Source: Candidatus Binatus sp.
GTDB lineage: Bacteria; Desulfobacterota; Binatia; Binatales; Binataceae
DNA: 64,000 bases
Assembly (NCBI RefSeq): GCF_035272065.1
Contig: NZ_DATEQZ010000114.1
Span: forward strand, 3,002-67,001
Direction of reading: 5' to 3'
Positions 1 through 8,992 of this stretch are shown here, in pieces (position 1 is the stretch's first letter; every line of letters starts with the position of its first letter). A program made the translations under genes and the position numbers. Below the pieces are notes generated by a model. It searched no databases. It worked only from the letters and a program-made list of their open reading frames with translations, and had not been told where the DNA came from.

Positions 1-516
1 TATGCGCAACTGCTTCCCCAAGGCGGCGCGATCCTCGACCTGATGAGCAGTTGGCGGTCGCATCTGCCGGCTCATATCCGGCCGTCGCGAGTGGTCGGCC
101 TCGGGATGAATCGCGCCGAGATGGAAGATAATCCGGCGCTCACCGAGGTCGTCGTTCACAATCTCAATCGCGGGCCGCGGATGCCGTTTGCGGACGACGA
201 GTTCGACGGCGCGGTGGTGACAGTCTCGGTGCAATACATGACGCGGCCGCTCGAGACGTTTGCGGAAGTCGGACGCGTGCTCAAGCCGGGCTCGCCGTTC
301 GTCGTCACGTTCTCGAACCGGATGTTCCCGACCAAGGCGGTCGCGATTTGGCAGAGTCTCGACGACTACGACCACTGCAAGCTGGTCGGCAGCTACTTTA
401 TGGAGAGCGGCGCGTTTGAGAATATAGATTTCATCGATCGTAGCGCGCCGACCGCGCCGCCGTCGGATCCGATTTGGGCGGTGGTGGGTTACAAGACGCG
501 CGAGGGACAGAGTTGA
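1..516 (+). CDS. class I SAM-dependent methyltransferase, C-terminal part (5' end outside window)
   Basis: The frame of track ORF 43..516 is open from nt 1 (YAQLLPQGGAILDLMSSWRSHLP...). VVTVSVQYMTRPLETFAEVGRVLKPGSPFVVTFSNRMF resembles the post-motif region of type-11 methyltransferases. Confidence 0.6.
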   Translation, partial: YAQLLPQGGAILDLMSSWRSHLPAHIRPSRVVGLGMNRAEMEDNPALTEVVVHNLNRGPRMPFADDEFDGAVVTVSVQYMTRPLETFAEVGRVLKPGSPFVVTFSNRMFPTKAVAIWQSLDDYDHCKLVGSYFMESGAFENIDFIDRSAPTAPPSDPIWAVVGYKTREGQS

Positions 517-530
517 TCAAAAATCGTGGC

Positions 531-902
531 ATGCGACATCTGGCGCTCAAGGTTTCCGACGTCGAGCGCGCGAAAGACTTCTACGCTCGCGTGTTCGGGA
601 TGAAGCTGGTCTGGCAGCCCGACGCCGACAATGCGTACCTGAGCTCTGGCTGCGACAATGTCGCGTTGCGTCGCGGCGAGTATGGCGGCGAAGCGCAACG
701 GTTGGACCATCTCGGGTTTATCGTGCCGACGATCGCCGACGTCGAAGCTGGATACGCGTGGGCGAAGAGTGTTGGCGTCGAGATTGTGCACGAGCTCAAG
801 CATCATCGCGACGGCTCGGTGTCGTTCTACATTCGCGACCCCGACGGCAACTTGATCCAGGCGCTCTACGAACCGACGATCAGTCCGCAGTTTTTTCAGT
901 AA
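531..902 (+). CDS. VOC-family (glyoxalase/dioxygenase fold) protein
   Basis: MRHLALKVSDVERAKDFYARVFGM...LDHLGFIV...FYIRDPDGNLIQ is typical of the family. ATG 531 is preferred over track start 474, which overlaps the upstream gene. Confidence 0.8.
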   Translation: MRHLALKVSDVERAKDFYARVFGMKLVWQPDADNAYLSSGCDNVALRRGEYGGEAQRLDHLGFIVPTIADVEAGYAWAKSVGVEIVHELKHHRDGSVSFYIRDPDGNLIQALYEPTISPQFFQ

Positions 903-955
903 AAATCGGTCCTAAGTACGCGACGAGCCTGTAAATCCTGCACAGGAGGACCCGC

Positions 956-2071
956 ATGATGCTCAAAGGGCGCGCGACCGCCGACGCTACGGCAGCATAC
1001 GCGAGCCGGTTCCCGGAGCTGCCGGGAAATTTTCGGCCCGCGCTCGGAGTGTCGGTTTCATCGATTGGAATCGGCACTTACCTGGGCGAGCCTGATGTCG
1101 AGACCGATCGCGCTTACGAAGAAGCGATCAAGGCGAGTATCCGTGGCGGAATCAATCTGATCGACACTGCGGTGAATTACCGCTTCCAGCGCAGCGAACG
1201 GAATATCGGCAAAGCGATTGGCGAGCTGGTCGCGGCGGGCGAGATCGCGCGCGAGCAGGTGGTCGTCGCGACCAAGGGCGGCTACATCACGTTCGACGGC
1301 GAGGTGCCGGCGAATCCGCGCGCATGGTTCGAGGAGCATTACGTGAAGACGGGAATCGTCGCGCCCGCCGATTTGGTTGACGGCTCCCATTGCATGACGC
1401 CGAAGTACATAGGTGCGATGCTCGAACTGTCGCGTAGGAATCTCAACCTCGACACGATCGACATCTATTACATTCACAATCCGGAGACGCAGCTCGAAGC
1501 GATCGAGCGCAAGGAATTCCTGGCGCGAATCAGGACAATTTTCGAGTTCCTGGAAGGTGCGGTCGCCAACGGAAAAATCGGCGTGTACGGGACCGCGACG
1601 TGGAACGGTTTTCGCGCGGCGCAGACGGAGCGCGGATGGCTCTCGCTCGACGAGTTGATGCGAATCGCACGCGAGGTCGCCGGCGACGCGCATCATTTTC
1701 GCGCAATCCAGTTGCCGTACAATCTCGCGATGCCGGAGGCGGTCACGCGCTCGAACCAATTCGTGCATGCTGGCAAAGCGACCACGCTCGCTGCCGCGAA
1801 GGCATTCGGACTCGCGGTTTGCGCGAGCGCGTCGCTGCTGCAAGGGCAGCTATCGCGCGGGCTGCCGCCGATAGTCGCGAATGCGTTCAGCGGTTTCGCG
1901 ACAGATGCGCAAAGATCTATTCAGTTCGTGCGCTCAACGCCGGGTGTGGACGTGGCGCTGGTAGGAATGAAATCGGTCGATCACGTTCGCGACACGCTCG
2001 AGACGGCGCGCAAACCGCCGGCTACGGTCGAGGAGCTGATGAGATTATTCCAGCAGGGCGAAGAGCAGTAG
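956..2071 (+). CDS. aldo/keto reductase
   Basis: 371-aa ORF with an AGGAGG-like RBS upstream. Motifs seen: GIGTYLG, INLIDTAVNYR, IDIYYIHNPE. Confidence 0.85.
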   Translation: MMLKGRATADATAAYASRFPELPGNFRPALGVSVSSIGIGTYLGEPDVETDRAYEEAIKASIRGGINLIDTAVNYRFQRSERNIGKAIGELVAAGEIAREQVVVATKGGYITFDGEVPANPRAWFEEHYVKTGIVAPADLVDGSHCMTPKYIGAMLELSRRNLNLDTIDIYYIHNPETQLEAIERKEFLARIRTIFEFLEGAVANGKIGVYGTATWNGFRAAQTERGWLSLDELMRIAREVAGDAHHFRAIQLPYNLAMPEAVTRSNQFVHAGKATTLAAAKAFGLAVCASASLLQGQLSRGLPPIVANAFSGFATDAQRSIQFVRSTPGVDVALVGMKSVDHVRDTLETARKPPATVEELMRLFQQGEEQ

Positions 2072-2123
2072 AGCGCGAGGAACTAATTGAATGTGAAACC
2101 CGCGGGGGTTCACACTTCCTTCG

Positions 2124-2140
2124 GCAGGGGTAACCCCTGC
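2124..2140. repeat. palindrome GCAGGGGT-A-ACCCCTGC, copy 1 of 2
   Basis: Perfect 8+1+8 palindrome about 50 nt after the AKR stop. It is preceded by a second hairpin, GTGAAACCCGCGGGGGTTCAC (2093-2113). A near-identical palindrome lies at 23319-23337. Confidence 0.85.
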
Positions 2141-2433
2141 GCCTTAGTGAAGAGACATCGAAGCGCCGACGCCGTGTTCGTAGACCAGTTCTCCTCCCGT
2201 CTTGCCCTGGTAGAGAAGTGATTTGAACTGTCAGCCCAGCGCCTGCCGCGACTATCGCAACAACCATGAAGGCGATTCGGGTGCGGTCGAGGCGCCTCGA
2301 TAACTCGAGGATCACGCGCCACGCGGCAAGAATCAAAAACGCATACATGAGGTACTGTCCGAGAACCGCATGCGACAGGTAATCGTGGGAGCCGTTCGAT
2401 GCTGCGAGAATCTGCTGCGCGGCGGGTGACATC

Positions 2434-2832
2434 GTGTCCCAGAAGCGATCGGCCTCGGCGTTGCCCGTGAAGTATGACATGGACGTTGCCTCGACCGATC
2501 AGCATAGGGTCAAGCCGTGGTTCAACGGCAAGCTTGATTTCTCGCCACCGGCCAACGATTTCGCGAAAGACGGATTTCCGCTGGTGGGCGGCCGTCTCGA
2601 CTATATCGACGGCCGGCCGGTCGCGGCGCTCGTGTATCAGCATGGCAACCATGTGATCAACGTTTTCATGTGGCCGACGACAGGCACCGCGACGAGCGCC
2701 GAGAGAATCGAGACGGAGCATGGATACAACGTCGAGCAGCTGATGGTCGCGGGGATGAATTGCTGGGTGGTGTCTGATTTGAATCAGCAGGAACTCGACA
2801 AGTTCGCGGAGCTGATTCGCGCCAAGGGCTGA
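2434..2832 (+). pseudogene. anti-sigma factor periplasmic-domain homologue lacking the N-terminal zf-HC2 and TM part
   Basis: DVASTDQHRVKPWFNGKLDFSPPANDF..GFPLVGGRLDYIDGRPVAALVYQHGNHVINVFMWP matches the C-terminal half of RsiW-like anti-sigma factors. There is no Cys/His zinc-finger or TM segment upstream in frame, and no ECF sigma gene adjacent. Confidence 0.45.
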
Positions 2833-2845
2833 GCGCGGTTTTTTT
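2818..2845 (+). terminator. putative intrinsic terminator
   Basis: CGCGC stem (2818-2822 pairing with 2833-2837) spanning the stop codon, followed by a run of 7 T (2839-2845). The stem is short. Confidence 0.45.
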
Positions 2846-2950
2846 CTCGCCGAAGAGGCGGCGAACAACTCGTCATTCACGGGTTGCGCAGGTGGGGCGC
2901 GGCTGAAAGAATGCATCGGTTGCCGCCCGTCCATAGAGGCGGCCCTCCAC

Positions 2951-4009
2951 TTGCCGATGCGCCGCGCCGAGACATTCTTCATCGCTATAGCGATCGCGTT
3001 TTACGTCTGGTTCCTGACCCATTACGGGCCGGGGCAGGTGCTGGGCTATGTACGGATGGCGGGATGGGGCCTGGCGCTGACGATTTCGCTGGAGACGATT
3101 GCGCGAATCGCAAACACGATCGGCTGGCGGGTCACAATCGAGGATTATCCGCCGAAACTCAAGTTCCTCGAGTTGTTTGCGGCGCGAATCGGCGGCGAGG
3201 CGATTGACTATGTGACGCCGTCGGCGCAGCTCGGCGGGCAATTCGTGATGGCGGTGGATGTGCGCGAGAAATTGCGCATGCCGGTGGGGCTGGCGACGGT
3301 GGTCGTCGCGTCGCTGGCGGAAGCGATCGGGCAGATCGCGTTTCTCACGATCGCGCTGGTGATTTCGCTGCGCCTGATCCCGGTGGCTGCGAACCTCTAC
3401 TGGGCGATCGTCGGCGGGTTCACGCTGGCGGTGGCGCTGGCAGGCGGCTTCTTTTTCGTGCAGATGAAGCGGCCGTTTTCGCATCTTTGGCGCGCCGCGA
3501 CCAAACTCGATATCGCGCGAATCAACACCGACGAAATTCGCGAGTCCGCCGACGAGGCCGACGCGGTGCTGCTCGATTTCTACGCGCGCCATCGTCGCCG
3601 CTTCGTCGCGTCGTGCATTTGCTATGCAGTCGCGTGGAGTCTCGGGCCGCTCGAAATTTGTATCCTGCTGACGCTGCTGCATCAGCCAGCGTCGTTACAA
3701 ATCGCGCTGCTGGTCGAGGCGGTTGGGCTGCTGATCGAGCGCGCGACCTTTTTGATCCCGGCCAAGCTGGTAAGCCAGGAGGGCGGCAAGGCGCTCATTC
3801 TGGGGATGCTCGGTTATCCGCCGGGAGTAGGCTTCGTGGTGGGGTTTCTGCGCCGAATCAAGGAAATGGTATGGGTATTGTTCGGGCTGGTGGCCCTGAT
3901 GATACATCGGATGGTTGTGCAGCAGCGCGGTGATACCACGAACGCCGCGGCTGCCGGGCGCGACTCAGTGATAAAAATGCAACGAGCACAAGGAGAGCAA
4001 TCGCTATGA
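2951..4009 (+). CDS. flippase-like / lysylphosphatidylglycerol-synthase-TM-domain family membrane protein
   Basis: Polytopic hydrophobic 352-aa ORF (start TTG 2951 or ATG 2957). The pattern GWRVTI...FAARIGGEAIDYVTP is typical of the UPF0104 family. Its stop overlaps the next ATG (ATGA). Confidence 0.65.
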   Translation: MPMRRAETFFIAIAIAFYVWFLTHYGPGQVLGYVRMAGWGLALTISLETIARIANTIGWRVTIEDYPPKLKFLELFAARIGGEAIDYVTPSAQLGGQFVMAVDVREKLRMPVGLATVVVASLAEAIGQIAFLTIALVISLRLIPVAANLYWAIVGGFTLAVALAGGFFFVQMKRPFSHLWRAATKLDIARINTDEIRESADEADAVLLDFYARHRRRFVASCICYAVAWSLGPLEICILLTLLHQPASLQIALLVEAVGLLIERATFLIPAKLVSQEGGKALILGMLGYPPGVGFVVGFLRRIKEMVWVLFGLVALMIHRMVVQQRGDTTNAAAAGRDSVIKMQRAQGEQSL

Positions 4010-4848
4010 GGAAATTAACCACCCTGGTTGCGGGGATGACGCTCGCAATGACCGCGCTTCCTGCGGCCGCCGGGGTCGTCATCACGCAGAAGCAGCATGT
4101 GACGAGTGGGACCAACTCGCGCGACTCGGAACAAACGATTTCGGTGCAGGGTAACAAGCAGAAGATGGTGTCCGAACGTCACACGATCATCACCGATCTC
4201 GACAAAGGGATGATGTACGTGCTCGATCCGAAGGCAAAGACCTACTTCGAAATCGAGTTTCCGCCCAAGGGGCAGATGGCCACGATGATGGCCGCGAGCA
4301 CCAATGCGGCGATGAACTTCAAGAAGGCCGGCACCACGCGCGACATCGCGGGCTACAAGTGCGCCGATTACAACGGCGGCGGGCACATGATGGCGGGCGA
4401 TTACACGGTCAAGGAATGCTTCTCGACCAGCGCACCAGGCGCCGATGAGTTTGCGGCGTTCGAGAAAAATATGGCGGACAAGCTCAAGAGCGCCGGCACC
4501 GCTACTGGCAATGGCGAGATTCCGGGCGGAGTGCCACTCGCGCTGGAATCGTCGATGAAGATGGGGCGCGTCAACATCCCGGGGATGGCGCCGGAGCAGG
4601 CGGCCAAAATTAACGAGATGATGGCGAAGCGCCCGCCGGTCGTAACCAGCACGCAGGTCGAAAAAATCGAAACGAAGAAACTGGCCGAGAGCGATTTCGC
4701 GATTCCCTCGGACTATACCAAGCGAGAACTGCCGGGACCGGGCTCAATGCGGATGGCGCCGGGCGCAATGAAGATGGCGCCGGGTGCAATGAAGATGGCG
4801 CCGCCTGCGGGCGCGCCGGCTGCAGGCGCGTCGCCAGCAGCGCCGTAG
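4006..4848 (+). CDS. secreted DUF4412-like protein with a Met/Ala/Pro-rich repetitive C-terminus
   Basis: Signal peptide MRKLTTLVAGMTLAMTALPAAAG. Translationally coupled to the upstream gene. The C-terminus reads MRMAPGA-MKMAPGA-MKMAPPA. Confidence 0.6.
   Translation: MRKLTTLVAGMTLAMTALPAAAGVVITQKQHVTSGTNSRDSEQTISVQGNKQKMVSERHTIITDLDKGMMYVLDPKAKTYFEIEFPPKGQMATMMAASTNAAMNFKKAGTTRDIAGYKCADYNGGGHMMAGDYTVKECFSTSAPGADEFAAFEKNMADKLKSAGTATGNGEIPGGVPLALESSMKMGRVNIPGMAPEQAAKINEMMAKRPPVVTSTQVEKIETKKLAESDFAIPSDYTKRELPGPGSMRMAPGAMKMAPGAMKMAPPAGAPAAGASPAAP
4747..4809 (+). repeat. 3 x 21-nt in-frame tandem repeat
   Basis: Units are atgcggatggcgccgggcgca / atgaagatggcgccgggtgca / atgaagatggcgccgcctgcg. 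Confidence 0.9.
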
Positions 4849-4911
4849 GGCGTCCGCGTCGACTCGCGCGCACTCTCGCTCAGGTCGACGAGTGAGTTGA
4901 GGTAAAAGAGA

Positions 4912-4938
4912 GAGCGGGGTCCATGACGGACCCCGCTC
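4912..4938. terminator. bidirectional terminator hairpin between convergent genes
   Basis: Perfect 11-bp stem GAGCGGGGTCC / GGACCCCGCTC with a 5-nt loop. It is flanked by A-rich sequence on the left (AAAAGAGA) and T-containing sequence on the right (GTCGTTTC). Confidence 0.65.
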
Positions 4939-4968
4939 GTCGTTTCAATCCAACGCGAAAAGCGAAAA

Positions 4969-5610
4969 CTACATCGATGCTGACGCCGACGCCTGCTGCC
5001 TGGGCGCGTTGAGCGCGGCGCACGAATCCCAGATCCATTTCGCCGTCGACAGTTCGTCTTCGGCAAACAGCCGCAACGCTTCCCTGGTCGACAGATCTTC
5101 CTTGAGCAGTTCGGCGAACTCGCAGATGGGTTTGATCGCATCCTCAGGCTTGCCGACGCGCGAGGTGAAGCTGAGCAGTTTCTCGTTGTCGGGAATCGAT
5201 GCGTCGCCCAGGTAGGCGGTGAACTTCCGCCCGTCTTCGGTGACCATCGCTCGCGCCTCACCGCCGAGTTCCGCCAGGCGCTGCGCGAAAATCCGCGAAT
5301 GATAGGCTTCGCGCTCGGCGACCATGCGAATGCCGGTGCGGATGCAATCGGTCTTGCAAACTTCCGCCCATGCCGCGAACGCCTCGCCACCGTTGGCCTC
5401 GCCCGCACGAACCTTGTCGAGAAAACTGACGACCGCTGCGCGTTCGGATTTGTAGGTGCGGCCGAACGCCTTGAAACCGCCGCTGCCGTTGCCGTTGGCC
5501 GTCGGCGTGCCGGCTTCGAGCCACGCCATCTCGGCCTCGAACGTTGACTGGGAAATAATTCCGCAGCGGTAGGCACGCAGCAACTGCTTGAATTCAAAAT
5601 CTCGACTCAT
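4969..5610 (-). CDS. hypothetical protein
   Basis: Start ATG 5610 with a GGAGG RBS. MSRDFEFKQLLRAYRCGIISQSTFEAEMAWLE... has protein-like composition. I recognise no family. Confidence 0.55.
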   Translation of the reverse strand: MSRDFEFKQLLRAYRCGIISQSTFEAEMAWLEAGTPTANGNGSGGFKAFGRTYKSERAAVVSFLDKVRAGEANGGEAFAAWAEVCKTDCIRTGIRMVAEREAYHSRIFAQRLAELGGEARAMVTEDGRKFTAYLGDASIPDNEKLLSFTSRVGKPEDAIKPICEFAELLKEDLSTREALRLFAEDELSTAKWIWDSCAALNAPRQQASASASM

Positions 5611-5816
5611 CGGGTGTCCCTCCACCTTGCTTGGTCTGTTCTTATTAAAACGAGCGTTCAGTGTGTTGAGACCTGAGAGCATAAGGCGGCGTTCGCGATT
5701 CTGTCAATTGCACTTTTGCCGGCCCCGCATGCTGGCTTCGACACTAATATTGCCGCATGATTCCCAATGCCGTGGCGCTGCAGCGGACACGATGCGAATT
5801 TTTCGAGGTGCGCGCG

Positions 5817-6779
5817 ATGAGTGAAATCAAGCACAGCTTCGTCCGGACCAACGGCATCAACATGCATGTGGCTGAGACTGGCGAGGGCTTTCCGGTGGTC
5901 TTTTGCCACGGCTTTCCCGAGATGTGGTACTCGTGGCGGCATCAGATGGAGGCGCTGGCCGAGGCGCGCTTCCGCGCGATCGCGCCCGACCAGCGCGGCT
6001 ATGGCGAGACCGAGGCGCCCGCGCCGATCGAGGCGTACACGCAGCGCAAGCTCGTCGGCGACATCGTCGGCATGCTCGACGCGCTGGGAATCGGCAAGTG
6101 CGTGATCGTCGGTCACGACTGGGGCGGCATGGTCGCGTGGAATACGGCGCTGATGGCGCGTGACCGCGTCGAGCGTGTGATCGGCATTAACACGCCGTTC
6201 ATCCCGCGCTCGCCGGTCAAGCCGACCGATGCGATGCGCGCGATGGCGGCCGGCGGCTTCCACTACATTCTCTATTTTCAAACTCCGGGCGTGGCGGAGG
6301 CGGAACTCGAACGCGACGTCGCCCGCTCGCTGCGCGGCTTTTACCAGGACCCGCCGGAAATCGATCCGACGGAGATTCGCAAGTCAGTACCGGGTGTGTT
6401 CGGGCCCGCCGGTGGCGGACTGCTCGATCGATTCTCGGATCGCCCGCATGGAAAATTTCTCACCGACGAGGACTTCGACGTCTTCGTGCGCGCATTCAAG
6501 AGGAGCGGCTTTCGCGGCGGCCTGAACTGGTATCGATGCATCGACCGGAACTGGGAGGAAAGCGCCGGTCAGACCGATCGCATCGAGCAGCCCGCGCTGA
6601 TGATCACCGCCGAGCGCGACGTCGTGCTTCGTCCCGAGATGGCCGAAGGGATGAAGACCTGGGTGCCAAACCTGCGCAAGACCGTGCTGATCAAGGGTTC
6701 CGGTCATTGGACGCAGCAGGAAAAACCAGCCGAAGTAAACGCGGCAATTCTTGATTTTCTTTCAGACCTGAAAAAGTAG
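5817..6779 (+). CDS. alpha/beta hydrolase, epoxide-hydrolase-like
   Basis: NGINMHVAETGEGFPVVFCHGFPEMWYSWRHQM, APDQRGYGETE, VGHDWGG nucleophile elbow, and C-terminal GSGHWTQQEKP. Confidence 0.85.
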   Translation: MSEIKHSFVRTNGINMHVAETGEGFPVVFCHGFPEMWYSWRHQMEALAEARFRAIAPDQRGYGETEAPAPIEAYTQRKLVGDIVGMLDALGIGKCVIVGHDWGGMVAWNTALMARDRVERVIGINTPFIPRSPVKPTDAMRAMAAGGFHYILYFQTPGVAEAELERDVARSLRGFYQDPPEIDPTEIRKSVPGVFGPAGGGLLDRFSDRPHGKFLTDEDFDVFVRAFKRSGFRGGLNWYRCIDRNWEESAGQTDRIEQPALMITAERDVVLRPEMAEGMKTWVPNLRKTVLIKGSGHWTQQEKPAEVNAAILDFLSDLKK

Positions 6780-6780
6780 C

Positions 6781-8886
6781 TCATTTCGTGCTGATGCCGG
6801 TGGATTCGGCCACCAGTTCCGCGAGGTCGCGCACGCGCATCGTCTCTTCTAGTGAGCGCGACTTCACGGCGTCTTCGAGCATCGTCATGCAGAACGGGCA
6901 TCCCACGGCGACGCACTTGGGCTTGGCCTCCTGCAATTGATCGAAGCGCTTCTGATTGATGCGCGTGCCCTCGTGCTCCTCTTTCCAGAAGCATCCGCCG
7001 CCGGCGCCGCAGCAGAACGTGCGATTCTTCGACTGCTCGACCTCCGCGACTTGGGCGCCGGGAATCGCGCCGAGCGCGCTGCGAGCGCTGTCCCATTTGC
7101 GATTATGCCGCGCCATGTAGCACGGGTCGTGATAGGTGATGCGCTCGTCGATCTTGCCGCGCGGCTTCAGACGCCCGGCCTGGATTAGCTCGTCGATAAA
7201 CTCTGCTTCGTGCAGGACCGTGTAGTTACCGCCGAAGTCTGGATACTCATTCTTCAGATTGTGAAAGCAATGCGGGCATTGAGTGACAATTCGCCGCGGC
7301 TTGTAGCGATTGAGCGTCTCGACATTTTGCGCGGCCACGGTGGCATACAGGTATTCGTTGCCGAGCCGGCGCGCGGGATCGCCGGTGCAGCTCTCCTCGC
7401 GCCCGAGGATCGCAAACTTGACGCCCGCCTGTTTCATCAAGCCCGAGAACGACTTGCTTACGCGCTGGTTGCGTTCGTCGTACGAGCCTGCGCATCCCAC
7501 CCAGTACAGCACGTCGATCTCTGACGGATCTTCGAGCTCGGCGATCTCCGGAATTTCCAGACCATTCGCCCATTCGGCGCGCTTCTCCTGTGCGAGGCCC
7601 CACGGATTTCCTTGGTTCTCGATTCCCTTGAACGCGCCCGTCAGCTCGGTCGGGAACCTCGACTCCATCAGCACGTCGTAGCGCCGCATGTCGATGATTC
7701 TCTGGATATGCTCGATGCCGACCGGGCATCCCTCTTCGCACCATCCGCACGACGTGCATCCCCACACCGCTTCTTCGGTCGCGACCTGCGTGATCATGTT
7801 GGGGCCGTTCCACGCGGGCGCTTCGGCGCCCTCACCAGCTTTGCCGTTGGCTTTCGCCGCGAGAAGAAAGGGCGCCTTGTCCAGCAGATGCTCGCGCTGT
7901 TCGATTACGAGGTACTTGGGATTCAGCGTTTTACCGGTGTTGACGGTGGGACAGTTGATCGTGCAGCGCCCGCATTCGAGACACGAGCCCATGTCGAGGA
8001 GTTGCTTCCAGGTGTACTGCTCGACTTGCGAGACGCCGAAGGTTTCTGCGTTCTCGAAATCCTTGATAGGCGCGAGCCGTCCACGCGGACCCATGCTACG
8101 GAAGAAAAGATTCAGCGGCCCGAAGATCAAATGACGCAGCTTGGTGAACGGAAAACAAAACAGCAGCGCGTACACGATTAGCACGTGCACCAACCATAGC
8201 CACCGATGGTAAATCACGCCGGCGCCGAGCGCGCCTTCGATGCGTCCCACGACTCGCCCGACGTATGCCCATTCGGTGAACGCGGGATGCGAGGCGTTGA
8301 TGCGCGCGCCTTCGAGCATCAGGCCCGTGACGGCGGTCAGCACCATCATCGACATCGGGAACCAATAGCCGAGCCGGTTCTCGAGATTGTCGCGCATCTT
8401 CTCGGCGGGCGGCTCGTTCAGCACAGTCGGCTTGCGCAGAGAACGCCGCGCACCTTCCATCAGCACGCCGAGGATGAGCAGCAGGAAGAAAGTGTCCATC
8501 GCGGCTTTGAAGTAGAGGTAGAAGTCGCCGTAGTAGAAGTAGAAGTCGAAGCCGAACAGATCGAACAGGTCGCGCACGTCGCTGTTGATCGCGACGATCG
8601 TCGTGCCGATGAGCAGTCCGACGAACGCGACGTAAAATGCGTAATGCATCCAGCCCCAGGTCTCGCGAATCACGTTGCCCTGGCCGAACGAGTCGTGCAG
8701 CGCGACGATCAGGCGCTCGAATGGATGGTCGAGACGCTCCTCGGACACGCCCAGACTCACCAGCCGGTACCACCTGACGCCGGCGTAAACGAATCCGGCG
8801 ATCAGCAGCCCGAGCAGCCCATACATCAGCACGATGAACGGAACCGGGATGTTCCACAGGATCTGTCGGGTAACTTGCTCGTTCAT
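6781..8886 (-). CDS. membrane-anchored (Fe-S)-binding oxidoreductase (NarI/DsrM-like TM domain fused to an HdrD/DsrK-like 2x[4Fe-4S] + CCG-domain module)
   Basis: N-terminal region of about 270 aa with multiple TM helices. Then CLECGRCTINCP and CTSCGWCEEGCP ferredoxin motifs, then two Cys-rich CCG-type regions (WVGCAGSY..., FCCGAGGG...CPFC). Confidence 0.85.
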   Translation of the reverse strand: MNEQVTRQILWNIPVPFIVLMYGLLGLLIAGFVYAGVRWYRLVSLGVSEERLDHPFERLIVALHDSFGQGNVIRETWGWMHYAFYVAFVGLLIGTTIVAINSDVRDLFDLFGFDFYFYYGDFYLYFKAAMDTFFLLLILGVLMEGARRSLRKPTVLNEPPAEKMRDNLENRLGYWFPMSMMVLTAVTGLMLEGARINASHPAFTEWAYVGRVVGRIEGALGAGVIYHRWLWLVHVLIVYALLFCFPFTKLRHLIFGPLNLFFRSMGPRGRLAPIKDFENAETFGVSQVEQYTWKQLLDMGSCLECGRCTINCPTVNTGKTLNPKYLVIEQREHLLDKAPFLLAAKANGKAGEGAEAPAWNGPNMITQVATEEAVWGCTSCGWCEEGCPVGIEHIQRIIDMRRYDVLMESRFPTELTGAFKGIENQGNPWGLAQEKRAEWANGLEIPEIAELEDPSEIDVLYWVGCAGSYDERNQRVSKSFSGLMKQAGVKFAILGREESCTGDPARRLGNEYLYATVAAQNVETLNRYKPRRIVTQCPHCFHNLKNEYPDFGGNYTVLHEAEFIDELIQAGRLKPRGKIDERITYHDPCYMARHNRKWDSARSALGAIPGAQVAEVEQSKNRTFCCGAGGGCFWKEEHEGTRINQKRFDQLQEAKPKCVAVGCPFCMTMLEDAVKSRSLEETMRVRDLAELVAESTGISTK

Positions 8887-8992
8887 TTGCGCTCCATGGG
8901 AAAAGCCGGTGGCGAAGGTGCCTGTAACAGACTCTTAAATCAGACCACCGCGGATGAATTCAATCCATCGCGACCGCACGCACTGTACCGAT

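Noticed and set aside
2022-2480. A minus-strand 152-aa ORF with two hydrophobic segments
   Set aside because: It overlaps the AKR 3' end and the anti-sigma-like ORF, its C-terminal half is Arg-rich shadow-like sequence, and no RBS or family was recognised. It is left unannotated but may be real.
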